Shown one piece after another: positions 48,901 through 59,700 of a stretch of DNA of 64,000 nt; positions within the stretch are counted from its first letter, which is position 1; each line of letters starts with the position of its first letter. Where the stretch lies: the IMG/VR virus record IMGVR_UViG_3300021335_000011, positions 8,062-72,061 of that record. The stretch is one strand, 5' to 3'. The notes below the pieces were generated by a model. It saw only the letters and a program-made list of their open reading frames with translations, did no database searches and had not been told where the DNA came from. The stretch comes from a virus. A program made the translations under genes and the position numbers.

Positions 48901-51900
48901 TTATCAAATGGTGGAGCAGCTTATAGCGATGGTGTAACAAATAACGGAGGTTCGGGTACAGTAGAATTTACAGTACCTATGAATGCTCCAACATCCCTAG
49001 TTTATCAGTGTACAGTTCACGGTGGAATGGTTGGCGATATTGTTATTAATGCTGCAGCTGGTCTTGATTCTGCACAAATTATTAATTTAATTGATAGCGC
49101 CTATGTTCAGCTTCGCGACTCTTCTAGTAGTGGTGGCGGCGGTGGTGGTGGAGGCGTTGATTCGGCCACAACAATTGCACTTATTGATTCTGCTTATGTT
49201 AAAGCAAGAGTCGATCACAATGCTAACGAAGTATTAATTTTTGGTGATGACCAACAAGTCGCTGGTACACTTGCACAATCTAACACTTCAGTAGTTTCAT
49301 TCTTTAATAGTATTTATCCTGATGGTCAATTTATAGCATCTTACAATTATGCTAGTGGTGGCTTGCCTATTGGTCAATGGTTGTATGCTTATTATTGGGT
49401 CAATTCTGGTCATGGTTATTTCCAAGTAGTAAGTAAAACAGATCTTGGAAATGGCACATACAGATATTACTGTGAAAATTCAGCAGGAAATCCAGCACCT
49501 AACTGGGCCGGCGGTTGGACAAACTACGTTGTTATAGCAAGTACAGTAGGTGCTAAAGACAAAGCTTTACGAATTAGTCACCAAACAAACGGTGATTACC
49601 TTTTCTTTGACGGTCGTAGAAACTTCTATTTCTCACAGAATGATAGCGATCAAAGAAACTTTAAGATCGAACTTACTGGAACCTCAGCCCTTGAAATGGT
49701 TGGCGGTAAACATATACATTACGGAAATAGTTATGATAGTGATGGTGATTTTCCAAATGCTTCAGTGTTTAAAGGTATGGTTGCACATGCTAAGAATAAT
49801 GATGCTTTGTATTATGCGAATGATTCTGGTGTATGGACAACAATTGCTGGAACAGGTGCACAAGCATTCCAAGATTCTGCGGTTGTTGTTGGGTTAATCG
49901 ATTCGGATTATATTCTCAATAAGAAGTTTGTACCTGGTGATGCTGAAAGACGATGGAATATTACATCAGCGGCACCTGCTGGAGCACAGGCTGTCGCTGT
50001 TGGAGATTATTGGCTTGATCGTGATACCGAAGTTTTATATAAACTTACTACTGATACAAATTGGACAACTACTTTACCTGCAGGGACCTTTACTGCAGAA
50101 GCAGGATTAACATCAAATAATTGGTTTGCAAATGGAGTTGGTGGTGATCCAGCCACAATTAATCAGGGTCCTCCTGGTCCAGTTGGTACATTTAACAGAA
50201 CTTTCTTGATGGGTACTAGCCCATATAATTCTGGTGGTCGATACACATTTACACAACCAGTTAATTTTGGATATTTTCAGATTGGTAATCTAGCCTCTGG
50301 ACATATTTACTCTGTCGGATATACCGATGGCTCGTACATGGTTTCAAACACTGGTATCAATGGTTCTAAAACCGCAACGCCAAGTTCATATACTTGGTAT
50401 GACGCAAACGGTGTTTCTTTAGGTCAAACAGTGGCGGCTGGTAGTGGTTTTAGAAACTATAGTCATCCAAACGGCACATTAGCAACATATATCGTTATTG
50501 GTAGAAATAACTATGGTACTCGTGGCTATAGTTGCTATATGTTCTTTTCTGGAGCAAGTAGTTGGCAGCGGATAGGTGAAATTTATGATTCAGGTGATAT
50601 TAAAAATGTTATCGATTCTGCGTATGTTACTGGTATTTCTGGCAGTGGCGGTAGCGGCAGTGGATTAGATTCAGCTGCAGTCACCACTCTTATCGATTCA
50701 GCATATGTACAAGCGAGACAAACAGCTGGTGGTGGAGGCACAGACTCTGCAGCAGTACAAACTCTAATTAATGCTGCTATTGATTCTGGTGCTGTACCAT
50801 TCACCCAAAATTACTTTCATTTTACATCAGATTCTGGACATAAAATATATAGTGGATTCGATGATGATAGTGATAGTTTAACCTACACAACTGGAGCATT
50901 AACTGTTTACCTTAACGGTATTTTGCTTGTAGATTCAGTAGACTATACTGCAACTAATGGAACATCTATTGTATTGACTGATTCTGCAGAATTGGGAGAT
51001 ATTCTTACAGTACAAACATTTGCTGGCAATAGCCTTGGACTAGACTCAGCAAAAGCAATCAACTTAATTGACAGTGCATATATCGCTGCAAGAACAACAG
51101 CAGGTACAGACTCTGCTGCCATTATCAACCTTATTGATAGTGCGTATGTTCAAGCTCGGCAAGCAGCTGCTTCTAGCGGTGTTGATTCTGCTGTTGTTAT
51201 AAGTCTTATAGACAGTGCGTATGTTAATCAAAGGGTTTCCTTTACAGGACCATCATCATCTAGAACTTCTCTTGGATTAACCGGTGTAACAACCGGATCA
51301 AATAATGCAACTTGGACATTTAACACTGATGCATCTGCCGAGAACTTTAAGTTATTAATTGACGGCGTGTATTTAGCAAGCAGCGCCACAGGTAGCGTAT
51401 TAGGATTTAAAGATGCTGGTGGAAAATACTTCTCTGTTGGAGACAATTACAATAGCCATAATTTTACCAGATCAGTTGTTGCTGTTAGAACCAATAATGC
51501 AGTAACTCTTAGTTGGTCTGGTGGACTTGCATATAGTTGGGCTAACTTTACAGATTATAGCGGTGGATTTAGTGCTGCATTCACAGCAAATGGTGGCACA
51601 TTACCTTTAGTTTCTGTGTATTCACCAAAAATAACAAATGGCCAGCCTGGATCATTTACTACTCCATATGTTGTTGGCGATGCAACAACTGGTAATGGAG
51701 CTGGTGTATTTGGTACAAACACAACAAACTATGGTGCACTAGTAACAGTTGCCGCCTCAGCAACATATTTGTCATTAACAAATGTCATTGATTCTGCTTA
51801 TGTAGAAGCTCGCGTAAATGCTTTGGATTCAGCAGAAGCAATTAACCTTATTGATTCCGCTTATGTAAGAGCTAGACAAAACTTTGCGTATAGCGCACTT

Positions 51901-54330
51901 ACTAGTACACCAACAGATCTTAGTGACTTTGATAATGATGTAGGTTATATTACCGATGCATCATTTGATGACTTTGAATCAAGAGAATTTATTGGTAATC
52001 AAGGTGGGTTAACAGATAAAGTATATTCATTTATTGTCCCGGTTGGAGTTACAACTATTTCTGCTGTCGCCATTGCTGGTGGTGGTGGAGGTGGTGAGGC
52101 AGCATCTGGCACAGATGGTGTAGGTGGCGGTGGTGGTCTATCGTACGATACTTCTCTTGCTGTTACTCCAGGTGAAACACTTACAATTACAGTTGGCCAT
52201 AGCGGCAATGGCGGTATGGCACCTAGCGATCCACCTAATTCTATCGGTACCGGTGACACGGCTAATAACACGACTATTAAAAGAGGTTCTACTGTATTAT
52301 TGCAAGCCAATGGTGGTACAGGTGGTAGTGGAGGTACTAATGGTACCGGTGGATCTGGTGGTACAACTTTATCATACGATGGTGGTGGTAATGGTGGAGT
52401 TCGTGGAGCAGGTCAATATACTGGTAACGGTGGATCTTCAGGATCTGCGAGTCTCTTAGGAACATCAAGTACAGATTATTTGTATGGTGAAGGTGGTGCA
52501 GGCTACAGCCATGGCCAAAAGGGTGCAGTAAGAATTATTTGGGGCACTGGTAGATCTTATCCAGATACAAATATTGTACAAACGTTCTTGAACGTATATA
52601 GTAGTGGAATTGATTCAGCTGCTGTTATAAGTCTTATTGACTCAAATTATGTAAGACAAAGAGTTACTAAATCTGATCTCGATATGGAAGGGAATAAAGT
52701 TCTCTTTGCAAATGTTTATGATTCAACCGGAGCTTTGCCAAGTGCAACCACTTATCATGGCATGTTTGCTCATGTTCATGCCACTGGTGCAGGATATTTT
52801 GCTCACGCTGGTAACTGGACAAGATTAGCTAATCAATCGGAAGTAAGTTCATACGATTCAACAAATACTATCGGCATAATAGATTCTGCATATGTTCAAG
52901 CTAGACAAACATCTGGTGGTGGTGGAACAGTCGATAGTGCAGATATTATTGCGATTGTTGATAGTGCATATGTTCAAGCTAGACAAACATCTGGTGGCGG
53001 AGGCGGAGGCGGAGGCCTAGATTCTGCTCTCGTATCACAATTAATTGATTCAGATTATATTGCTACAAAGGTAGACTTTACTCGTGGAGAATTTACTACA
53101 CAAAGATCGCAGTATACAGCGACAGCATCGCAAACAGTATTTAATCATAGCTCAATTGATGCTACTCATCTTGACGTCTATCTTAATGGTATCTTGCAAG
53201 TGGTCAATGATGATTACACTGCCAATACATCCGCCGTTACCTTCACAACAGGTGTCGACAGCGGATACAGCGTCTCAATTATTGAAAGGCGTGGACGTGT
53301 CGCTACCCAACGAGGACTAGTTGAAAGTAAATATTACTTTACTACACCGACACCAATCACATCAATTACCGGTGTTGATGATAATGGTGTTACACTTGAT
53401 TACTCAAATGGAAATTTAGATGTCTACTTGAATGGTATTCTTCTAAAAGATTCAGATGATTATTCTACCAATGCTGGTACTACAGTAACTCTTATATCTG
53501 CCACAGATTCAAATGATCTTGTTACTCTTATCAATCGTAAGGGTGTAGTCGTAACACCAAATGTAGAGAATTATGAATTTACTGCTACCGCTAATCAAAC
53601 GGTGTTTAGCGGTTCAGACATTAATGGTAATACTTTATCATATGCACCTGGTGCAATTCAAGTTTATATGAATGGTATTCTGCTTCGAGCTGTTGATTAC
53701 ACGTCAACAACTGGTTCTAGTATTATACTTGCTACAGCAGCTGCAGCTAATGATGAAGTTGTTGTATCAGCATTTAGTAATCCTGGTCAGAATATGGAGC
53801 TGTATAAGTTTACCGCAGATTCTGGTCAAACCATTTTTAGCGGTAATGATATTGTAGGTGCTTCACTTGCATATCAGCCTGGTAACATTCAGGTATTCAT
53901 GAATGGCTTGTTATTAAATGATTCAGATGATTACAACGCCTTAAACGGTATGTCAGTTGTTCTAACATCTGGCGCCGATGCAAGCGATGAAATTAAAGTT
54001 GCATCTTTTGTATCGAATACAAATGCAATTAGAACAAATGCATGGACTGCGCCAAGCGGAACACCGGTTGCAGCATCTGCTGGTGATAAGTTATTCATTG
54101 ATGTTTCATCTTCTGCAAAGACTGTGACACTTCCATCATCTGCAAGTATGGGTGATGAGATTCGAATCATTGATGTGACAGGAAATGCAGCAACAAACAA
54201 TATTACAGTCGCACGAAATGGACATAATATTCAGGGTTCATCAAGCGATCTAACTATTAACATTAACAGAGCTGGTATCGGATTGGTTTATTACAATTCC
54301 GCTCAAGGTTGGGTACTGATAGAGAACTAA
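45988..54330 (+). CDS. Giant (2780 aa) tail fibre/adhesin with IDSAYV repeats
   Basis: KRSS..G.VP...L..GELAIN..DGK, EG.NLYYT repeats, IDSAYV..R repeats, cupredoxin-like HPF...YQC..H module, Gly-rich domain, YLNGILL repeats. Confidence 0.8.
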   Translation: MTTPKVLLKRSSVVGRVPQSGDLDYGELAINFADGKIYYKDNSNTIKAFIDSARTQSLIDAVNQAAENQLDSAEVIDLIDSAYVQLRQSYNALTLGGDSGDYYRNYHNLYNKPLILDIVDIQNIIDNYVNQTFVDNLNVDADTLDGLNSTQFLRSDSDTRLTADLIIDSNLTVGGDATFNNNVTLSGNLYGPATMYIDPAAHDSDTGRVIIRGDLQVDGTQTIVNSTTVSINDKNIVLADSATNAAEADGAGITVNGANANITYNAAEDEWQFNKKTQTPNLEVTNVIDATTVNTTNITATTINTTNITGNYTNFDSDFDSALGTKTTTDVAEGTNLYYTTTRADSDFDVRITTKTTNNLTEGDNLYYTTARADSDARSALSANKVSGFGNLTYDSAAGKFSYTGISTQEIRNRFAAQGDLSYDSATGVFSIDVENVYTKTNFDSDLGDASTTDLPEGSNLYYTKTRVDSDFDARFAGKSTDNLAEGNTNLYYTTTRHDSDTRVLVDSAYVQARVDSSFIATIADLTFLDSGDALQLIDSSHVQLKAKGLDYNVLSNKPALIDSTLVTQLIDSTYIRVTIDSAHIENVINNSTTVFVNNVDSAYVQLKAKNLDYNVLSNKPNLIDSGLVEGLVDSAYVQLHAKGLNYNVLSNKPNVLDSSDIVSIIVSETLDSDLIINLVDSAYIQLRDRFQDSAGVKAVIDSAYVRARVKTNQDLRTTDSVTFAGINVLANSITFGESDATMTYLPDSDMIQFNKPVKGDNVEFTGATIQSDSSTFNGLYVYDNRLGQKDWVARFSRRQNEYSSPAVVLISTDAEERSDIAFEIRGNANSNLLGPEFDDKFHDDSNTKFAIYGSGHTLIGYSNLPGGVGALYPYSMLSGDNNVKLQVNYGISVDSNLVFHEGNYKTYIDSAYIEARRPAETIFSVGGDGSNYVFSGDGFPSNANDPTLYLTRGKTYKFTNISSSHPFEIRLSNGGAAYSDGVTNNGGSGTVEFTVPMNAPTSLVYQCTVHGGMVGDIVINAAAGLDSAQIINLIDSAYVQLRDSSSSGGGGGGGGVDSATTIALIDSAYVKARVDHNANEVLIFGDDQQVAGTLAQSNTSVVSFFNSIYPDGQFIASYNYASGGLPIGQWLYAYYWVNSGHGYFQVVSKTDLGNGTYRYYCENSAGNPAPNWAGGWTNYVVIASTVGAKDKALRISHQTNGDYLFFDGRRNFYFSQNDSDQRNFKIELTGTSALEMVGGKHIHYGNSYDSDGDFPNASVFKGMVAHAKNNDALYYANDSGVWTTIAGTGAQAFQDSAVVVGLIDSDYILNKKFVPGDAERRWNITSAAPAGAQAVAVGDYWLDRDTEVLYKLTTDTNWTTTLPAGTFTAEAGLTSNNWFANGVGGDPATINQGPPGPVGTFNRTFLMGTSPYNSGGRYTFTQPVNFGYFQIGNLASGHIYSVGYTDGSYMVSNTGINGSKTATPSSYTWYDANGVSLGQTVAAGSGFRNYSHPNGTLATYIVIGRNNYGTRGYSCYMFFSGASSWQRIGEIYDSGDIKNVIDSAYVTGISGSGGSGSGLDSAAVTTLIDSAYVQARQTAGGGGTDSAAVQTLINAAIDSGAVPFTQNYFHFTSDSGHKIYSGFDDDSDSLTYTTGALTVYLNGILLVDSVDYTATNGTSIVLTDSAELGDILTVQTFAGNSLGLDSAKAINLIDSAYIAARTTAGTDSAAIINLIDSAYVQARQAAASSGVDSAVVISLIDSAYVNQRVSFTGPSSSRTSLGLTGVTTGSNNATWTFNTDASAENFKLLIDGVYLASSATGSVLGFKDAGGKYFSVGDNYNSHNFTRSVVAVRTNNAVTLSWSGGLAYSWANFTDYSGGFSAAFTANGGTLPLVSVYSPKITNGQPGSFTTPYVVGDATTGNGAGVFGTNTTNYGALVTVAASATYLSLTNVIDSAYVEARVNALDSAEAINLIDSAYVRARQNFAYSALTSTPTDLSDFDNDVGYITDASFDDFESREFIGNQGGLTDKVYSFIVPVGVTTISAVAIAGGGGGGEAASGTDGVGGGGGLSYDTSLAVTPGETLTITVGHSGNGGMAPSDPPNSIGTGDTANNTTIKRGSTVLLQANGGTGGSGGTNGTGGSGGTTLSYDGGGNGGVRGAGQYTGNGGSSGSASLLGTSSTDYLYGEGGAGYSHGQKGAVRIIWGTGRSYPDTNIVQTFLNVYSSGIDSAAVISLIDSNYVRQRVTKSDLDMEGNKVLFANVYDSTGALPSATTYHGMFAHVHATGAGYFAHAGNWTRLANQSEVSSYDSTNTIGIIDSAYVQARQTSGGGGTVDSADIIAIVDSAYVQARQTSGGGGGGGGLDSALVSQLIDSDYIATKVDFTRGEFTTQRSQYTATASQTVFNHSSIDATHLDVYLNGILQVVNDDYTANTSAVTFTTGVDSGYSVSIIERRGRVATQRGLVESKYYFTTPTPITSITGVDDNGVTLDYSNGNLDVYLNGILLKDSDDYSTNAGTTVTLISATDSNDLVTLINRKGVVVTPNVENYEFTATANQTVFSGSDINGNTLSYAPGAIQVYMNGILLRAVDYTSTTGSSIILATAAAANDEVVVSAFSNPGQNMELYKFTADSGQTIFSGNDIVGASLAYQPGNIQVFMNGLLLNDSDDYNALNGMSVVLTSGADASDEIKVASFVSNTNAIRTNAWTAPSGTPVAASAGDKLFIDVSSSAKTVTLPSSASMGDEIRIIDVTGNAATNNITVARNGHNIQGSSSDLTININRAGIGLVYYNSAQGWVLIEN
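51100..51138 (+). repeat. 39-bp exact repeat shared with 56929-56967
   Basis: GCAGGTACAGACTCTGCTGCCATTATCAACCTTATTGAT occurs in two different fibre genes. Confidence 0.85.
52887..52997 (+). repeat. 33-bp direct repeat within the giant fibre gene
   Basis: TGCATATGTTCAAGCTAGACAAACATCTGGTGG at 52887 and 52965. Confidence 0.85.
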
Positions 54331-54331
54331 T

Positions 54332-56773
54332 ATGACAAATTTAACTGACATTAGAAGTAATGCAATATCAGCGGCAGGTGCCGGATTAACTGTATATGCA
54401 ACAAAAGAAGATCTACCATCAAGTGGATTAACTTCTGGTGATCAGGCTTATGTGACTGCTAACTCTCGTCTGTATGTTTCAAACGGTTCTGGTTGGTATA
54501 ACATTGCACTGATTAACGCAACTCCGTCTCTGTCAATTGATCCTACTGGTGTTATAGCACTTGCGAAAGATGGTTCAACACCAACAGTAATTACTCTTAC
54601 AGCTACTGACTCTGATAATGCTGTATCTGGATTAACATTTACCGTTGATTCAGATGGAAGCTTTGGCGGTATGGCCACGATTAGCCAAGATTCGAGTGTA
54701 TTTACTATCACACCGTTAAGTGAAGATAGCGCCACGACTTCATCAGCAACGTTGACATTCAAGGCATCAGATGGTATTAACTTTGGATCTGGTGATAGAA
54801 CACTTACTCTACTTTTTGAAATTCCTAATTCCCAATATACTACCTTTTTACTTCAAACTGATGCATCTCAATCAGATACACAAATCGATGCTTCTACTAA
54901 TGCACATACACTAACACAATATAATAATGTAACTTCTGATGCATTTACTCCATATCATCCTGGTGGATACGCAACGTATTTTGGCTCAGCTACAGATGGT
55001 ATCACAACAGATCTTTCTCCAGCAACTGGAGATTGGACAATAGAAGGATGGGTTTGTCACACAGCAAACACCGGTACAGGAAATCAAAATAGAATATTTG
55101 GCGCTGGTACGAATGATCCACTTTTGAATAACACAGGTTTAAATGGTCATAATTTTACAATCGGAAATAACCAGAAATTCAGTGTAAGTCAAAATTTTGC
55201 TATCGGTCAATGGTATCATTTTGCCATTGTAAGAACCATATCAGATACGACAATAAGATTTTATGTTGATGGAGTAGAAAAGGCATCACATACTGCTGCA
55301 AGTGGCCATGATATACCAACTAAATCGGCATTTTCTGTAGGTCGTGATAATGGATTTACTAGTTATGGAATGACAGGCCTTATTAAAGATTTTAGATATG
55401 TAATTGGCACTGCAGTATATACATCAGCATTTACTCCGCCAACTCAGCCTTTAACTGCGATTAGTGGAACAGATCTACTATTATGTAGTTTGCCCTATAT
55501 AGCTGACGCGTCTGGTAATGATAATGCAATTACACAAACAAGTTCAGTATTTACGCAAGTCAGCACCCCATATCCATTAGGATCTGCATACAATAGAGAT
55601 ACACACCTTGGTTCTACAATATTTGATGGAACTGATGATTATATCGAAGGTCCTTCTGTAGACTTAATGGGAGATGGCGCATTTACAGTTGAATGTTGGA
55701 CAAAAGTGAATTCAAGTGGTGGCACTTATACAGATGCATTCTTAGCACAATACCAAACAAATAATAAATTTATCTTAGGTGTAAAATCAAATGTCACTCG
55801 AGTTTGGATGGGTGGATCTGAGGTTAGAGTAGGTACTACTAACATTGTTGGTGGAGATTGGAATCATATTGCATTAGTTAGAAATGCAAGTAACTCATGT
55901 CAACTTTATGTTAATGGTAAGGCTGATGGCGCAGCATTTACCAATACGACAGATTTTTCTGCTTCTTTAGAAAATTTTGAAATCGGAAGTTGGGATGGTG
56001 GAACAGGCAGTGATTTAGATGGTCGTATAAGCAACTTAAGAGTTGTAAAAGGAACTGCAGTATACACTGGAGATTTTACTCCACCGACAGGCAAGCTGCC
56101 TGCGATTAGTGGAACAACATTACTAACTTGTACCAACAATAATACTATATGGGATGCTAGTGGTAATTATCAAACAATAACTGTTGCTGGAACAGCCGCT
56201 GCATCAAATACTCAAAGGAAATTTACTGGTAGTTCTTCATTATTCTTAGATGGTAATAGTGACTATTTACAGTTTGCACATCCTTCAAATACCCCTGATG
56301 CATTTAATTTTGGCACTGAAGATTTTACTATGGAAACATGGGTTTATCCTCAAGCAACTGGGAATAATTACCCATCATTTTTTAGCAGCGTGACTGGATG
56401 GAGTAGTGGAGCTAGTGGCCATAGATTTGATAATACAGGAAGATCTGGCAAATATACCTTCCATTTGAACGGTGCATCTCCAGGAGATCCATTCTTAGAA
56501 AGCTCTAATACATTCTCACACGATACTTGGACGCATTATGCTTTGACACGCGAAGGAAATACCTTTAGAATGTTTGTTAATGGTGCTTTAGAAGCAAGTG
56601 GAACTTTCACTGGTTCTTATAATGCCGCATATGGCGGGTTTAGAATTGGATGGGCTGGATGGGATGGAGGTAACGGATATTTTTATGGATATTTACAGGA
56701 TGTGCGAATTACAAAAAGATTAGCTAGATACACAGCTGCGTTTACTCCACCAACTTCATTACTTGAAGGATAA
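54332..56773 (+). CDS. Virion protein with three LamG/concanavalin-A-like domains
   Basis: Three copies of (W/F)T.E.W...W.H.A..R......(Y/F)V.G...G.I...R......YT..FTPPT. Confidence 0.8.
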   Translation: MTNLTDIRSNAISAAGAGLTVYATKEDLPSSGLTSGDQAYVTANSRLYVSNGSGWYNIALINATPSLSIDPTGVIALAKDGSTPTVITLTATDSDNAVSGLTFTVDSDGSFGGMATISQDSSVFTITPLSEDSATTSSATLTFKASDGINFGSGDRTLTLLFEIPNSQYTTFLLQTDASQSDTQIDASTNAHTLTQYNNVTSDAFTPYHPGGYATYFGSATDGITTDLSPATGDWTIEGWVCHTANTGTGNQNRIFGAGTNDPLLNNTGLNGHNFTIGNNQKFSVSQNFAIGQWYHFAIVRTISDTTIRFYVDGVEKASHTAASGHDIPTKSAFSVGRDNGFTSYGMTGLIKDFRYVIGTAVYTSAFTPPTQPLTAISGTDLLLCSLPYIADASGNDNAITQTSSVFTQVSTPYPLGSAYNRDTHLGSTIFDGTDDYIEGPSVDLMGDGAFTVECWTKVNSSGGTYTDAFLAQYQTNNKFILGVKSNVTRVWMGGSEVRVGTTNIVGGDWNHIALVRNASNSCQLYVNGKADGAAFTNTTDFSASLENFEIGSWDGGTGSDLDGRISNLRVVKGTAVYTGDFTPPTGKLPAISGTTLLTCTNNNTIWDASGNYQTITVAGTAAASNTQRKFTGSSSLFLDGNSDYLQFAHPSNTPDAFNFGTEDFTMETWVYPQATGNNYPSFFSSVTGWSSGASGHRFDNTGRSGKYTFHLNGASPGDPFLESSNTFSHDTWTHYALTREGNTFRMFVNGALEASGTFTGSYNAAYGGFRIGWAGWDGGNGYFYGYLQDVRITKRLARYTAAFTPPTSLLEG

Positions 56774-56781
56774 ATAGTAGC

Positions 56782-59700
56782 ATGGCACGTAAGACATTTA
56801 CATCCAGAAATAGAGCGTTCGCTGCGCTAGTTCGCGGCGTCGATAATGTTATTGTCAACAACGCGGTTGACTCTGCTGGAGCTGTAGAGGATATTGTAGA
56901 TTCGGCATACATTGCTGCTCGATCAACTGCAGGTACAGACTCTGCTGCCATTATCAACCTTATTGATTCTGCATATGTTTCTGCCCGCGCAGGCGGGGGC
57001 GGGGGTGGAGGTACAATTACCGAAGTTACCGATAGTTCTACACGAGAAGCAATATCATCTCCATTAGAAGGTGATGTAGCAGTACAATTCCAAATAGGAC
57101 CAGGTAGAAATACTGGTGTTACTCATAACTTTGGTGGTGCTACAATTGTATCATGGTCTGTTGGAGCAAACTACTCAGGTGCAGAATTAACACTTAATAA
57201 CTCAACATTTGCTGCAGCTGCCCAACCAGGTGATGTTATTGTAGTTTCGTCTGGTACAGTTCAAAGATATAATAGTTATCATACGGTTAATGCTTGGCAA
57301 ACGCAACAAACCGGTAATCTTATTGTAGCTGTTAAATCTATCACTGATGCTAACAACCTTAAGGTTATGCTTGCGGTACCAGTATATTGGACTAGTCAAA
57401 ATACTACTGGTTATATGAATACCAATCTAAAAGCGTATTTTGATAATGCTGCAAATCCAAGAGGCGAAATACCATCAAATGCTACAGTAGCTTATTCAAA
57501 CGATCCTAACGTTAATGGTACAACAGGAAGTCAAAAACTTACTGGTGGCACTGCAACGTTATATAGAATGTTTGAAAAGACTATTAAGTCAACTTGGGAT
57601 ACTTCTGGTATTACAAGTTCGCCAGTCAACACATCAGACAATTACCAAGGCGAAGTTACAGCATTAACAAATTCTAATCCTCTTATTTGGTTTAGAAATG
57701 ATTCGGCTTGGAAACCTTATGTTAATGATCAAATTACTGGTACAGTTGATTCTGCATATACAAGAAATCTAATTGATTCAGCTTATATAAGTAGCCTAAA
57801 ATTTATTCAAAATACAACTATTACTGAAGTTTCAGATAGCGATCAAAGAGTAGCAATTTCATCTCCTATAGAAGGCGATGTTGCTATACAATTTAGAGGC
57901 GGAACTGGAACTAGTACAGGTATTTCTTATGACTTTAGCGGTGGCCAACTTTGGTCTAAAACAGTTTATCTAGCTAGCGGAACTAATAGTCTTTCATATA
58001 CATCAGCAAATGATGTTGGTAATGGTAGGTTTAAATGGTCGCATTCAACTTTTGATGATCATGTTCAAAAAGGTGATGTGATTGTAGTTGAAAATGCTAC
58101 GGTAACTACAAGTCCAGGTGTTAACCCATGGGCCAGTAAATCTGGCACATTTATGTTTGCTTGTCACACACCTAAAGTTGGATCAACTGCACCTTGGTAT
58201 AATATAGTAGCTTATTTTTATGATGTTCCAAACGGTAGTTCTGGATACCTGAATACTGATTTAGGTAGTTATTTTAGTGGTACTGATGGAGTAGCTACTA
58301 CAACAAATCCTAGAGGATCTATACCTGCTGCAGCAGTAATGGTGCACTCATATGGTAATGTTAATAATAGTTCTGCTACTACAACTCTTGTTGGTGGTGT
58401 TGCAACTCTGTATCGTATGTTTGATGGCACAACATATCAAGATGCTTATGATACATCTGGCGGTGGAGGTGGAACCGCATACACAGATCAAACAGGTACA
58501 GTAAATGCAATCGGTGGTCTAAAACCATTAGTATATCACTATAATGATGCTGCATTTAAACCATATGTACAAAATAATATTTTAGGAACTGTTGATTCTG
58601 CATATATTAATGCAAGAGTTGATCCATTCGATTCTTCGCATGTCTTAGGACTTGTTGATAGTGCATATATCCAATTAAGAGATCGATTCCAAGATTCATC
58701 TGGTATAGTGGCTATTGTTGATAGCTCGTATATTCAATCAAGACAAAATTCAATAGTTGATTCTGCTACTACCCTTACACTTATTAGTTCATTACTTGAT
58801 AGCGCTGCTCCATCAAGAGCATTCACATATACCTTTACAGCATCCGCTGGTCAAACAACATTTACTGGAGCAGATACCAATAATAATGTTTTAGGATATT
58901 CAGCTGGTAATATTATTACGTTCTTAAATGGTATTTTACTTATTGATTCTGATGATTATGTAGCATCTAGTGGAACATCTATTGTACTTAATTCTGCTGC
59001 ATCATTAAATGACGTAGTTAATGTTGTTAAATTCTCAGCTGAGGGTATAAATCTATCTCATCAACAATTTAAATATACTGTTTCATCTCCTACAACCACA
59101 TTTAGCGGTAATGACGATAACAACAATAGTTTATCGTATGAAGCTGGTGAATTGCAAGTATTCTTAAATGGTATCCTGCTTATTGATTCACAAGACTATA
59201 CAGCGACAAATGGAGCAAGTGTTGTATTAACTGCCGCAACTGATTCATCTGCTGTTCTTGCAATTAGTAAATACAGCGGATCAGGCTTAAGACAAACTGC
59301 AACTAGAGCTAAGCATTTTGTTTATACTTTACCAGTTCCTACAACTACAATAACTGGAGCTGATGATAATAATTCGACACTTTCCTATATCCAAGATCAA
59401 ATTCAAGTATTTCAAAATGGAATATTACTTATTGATTCTGCTGATTATACTGCAACCGATGGTACATCAATTGTATTAGGAACTGCATCAGATTCGGCTG
59501 ACACGATTGTAGTTACTGCACTTAGAGGTTCACTAACTGGTGGACTTGACTCTGCGAATGTTTTAGCACTTGCTGGTGGATTAGACTCTGCAAAAGTTAC
59601 TCAATTAATAGATTCTGCATATGTGGGCGCAATAATCGATTCTGCATATGTGACCGCGCGCTCAGGCGGTGGTGGAGGTGGAGGTGGCACTGACTCTGCT

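Noticed and set aside
56990-57012. G-rich tract as a G-quadruplex or phase-variable run
   Set aside because: It encodes a poly-Gly linker like others in these proteins; runs are only 5 G.
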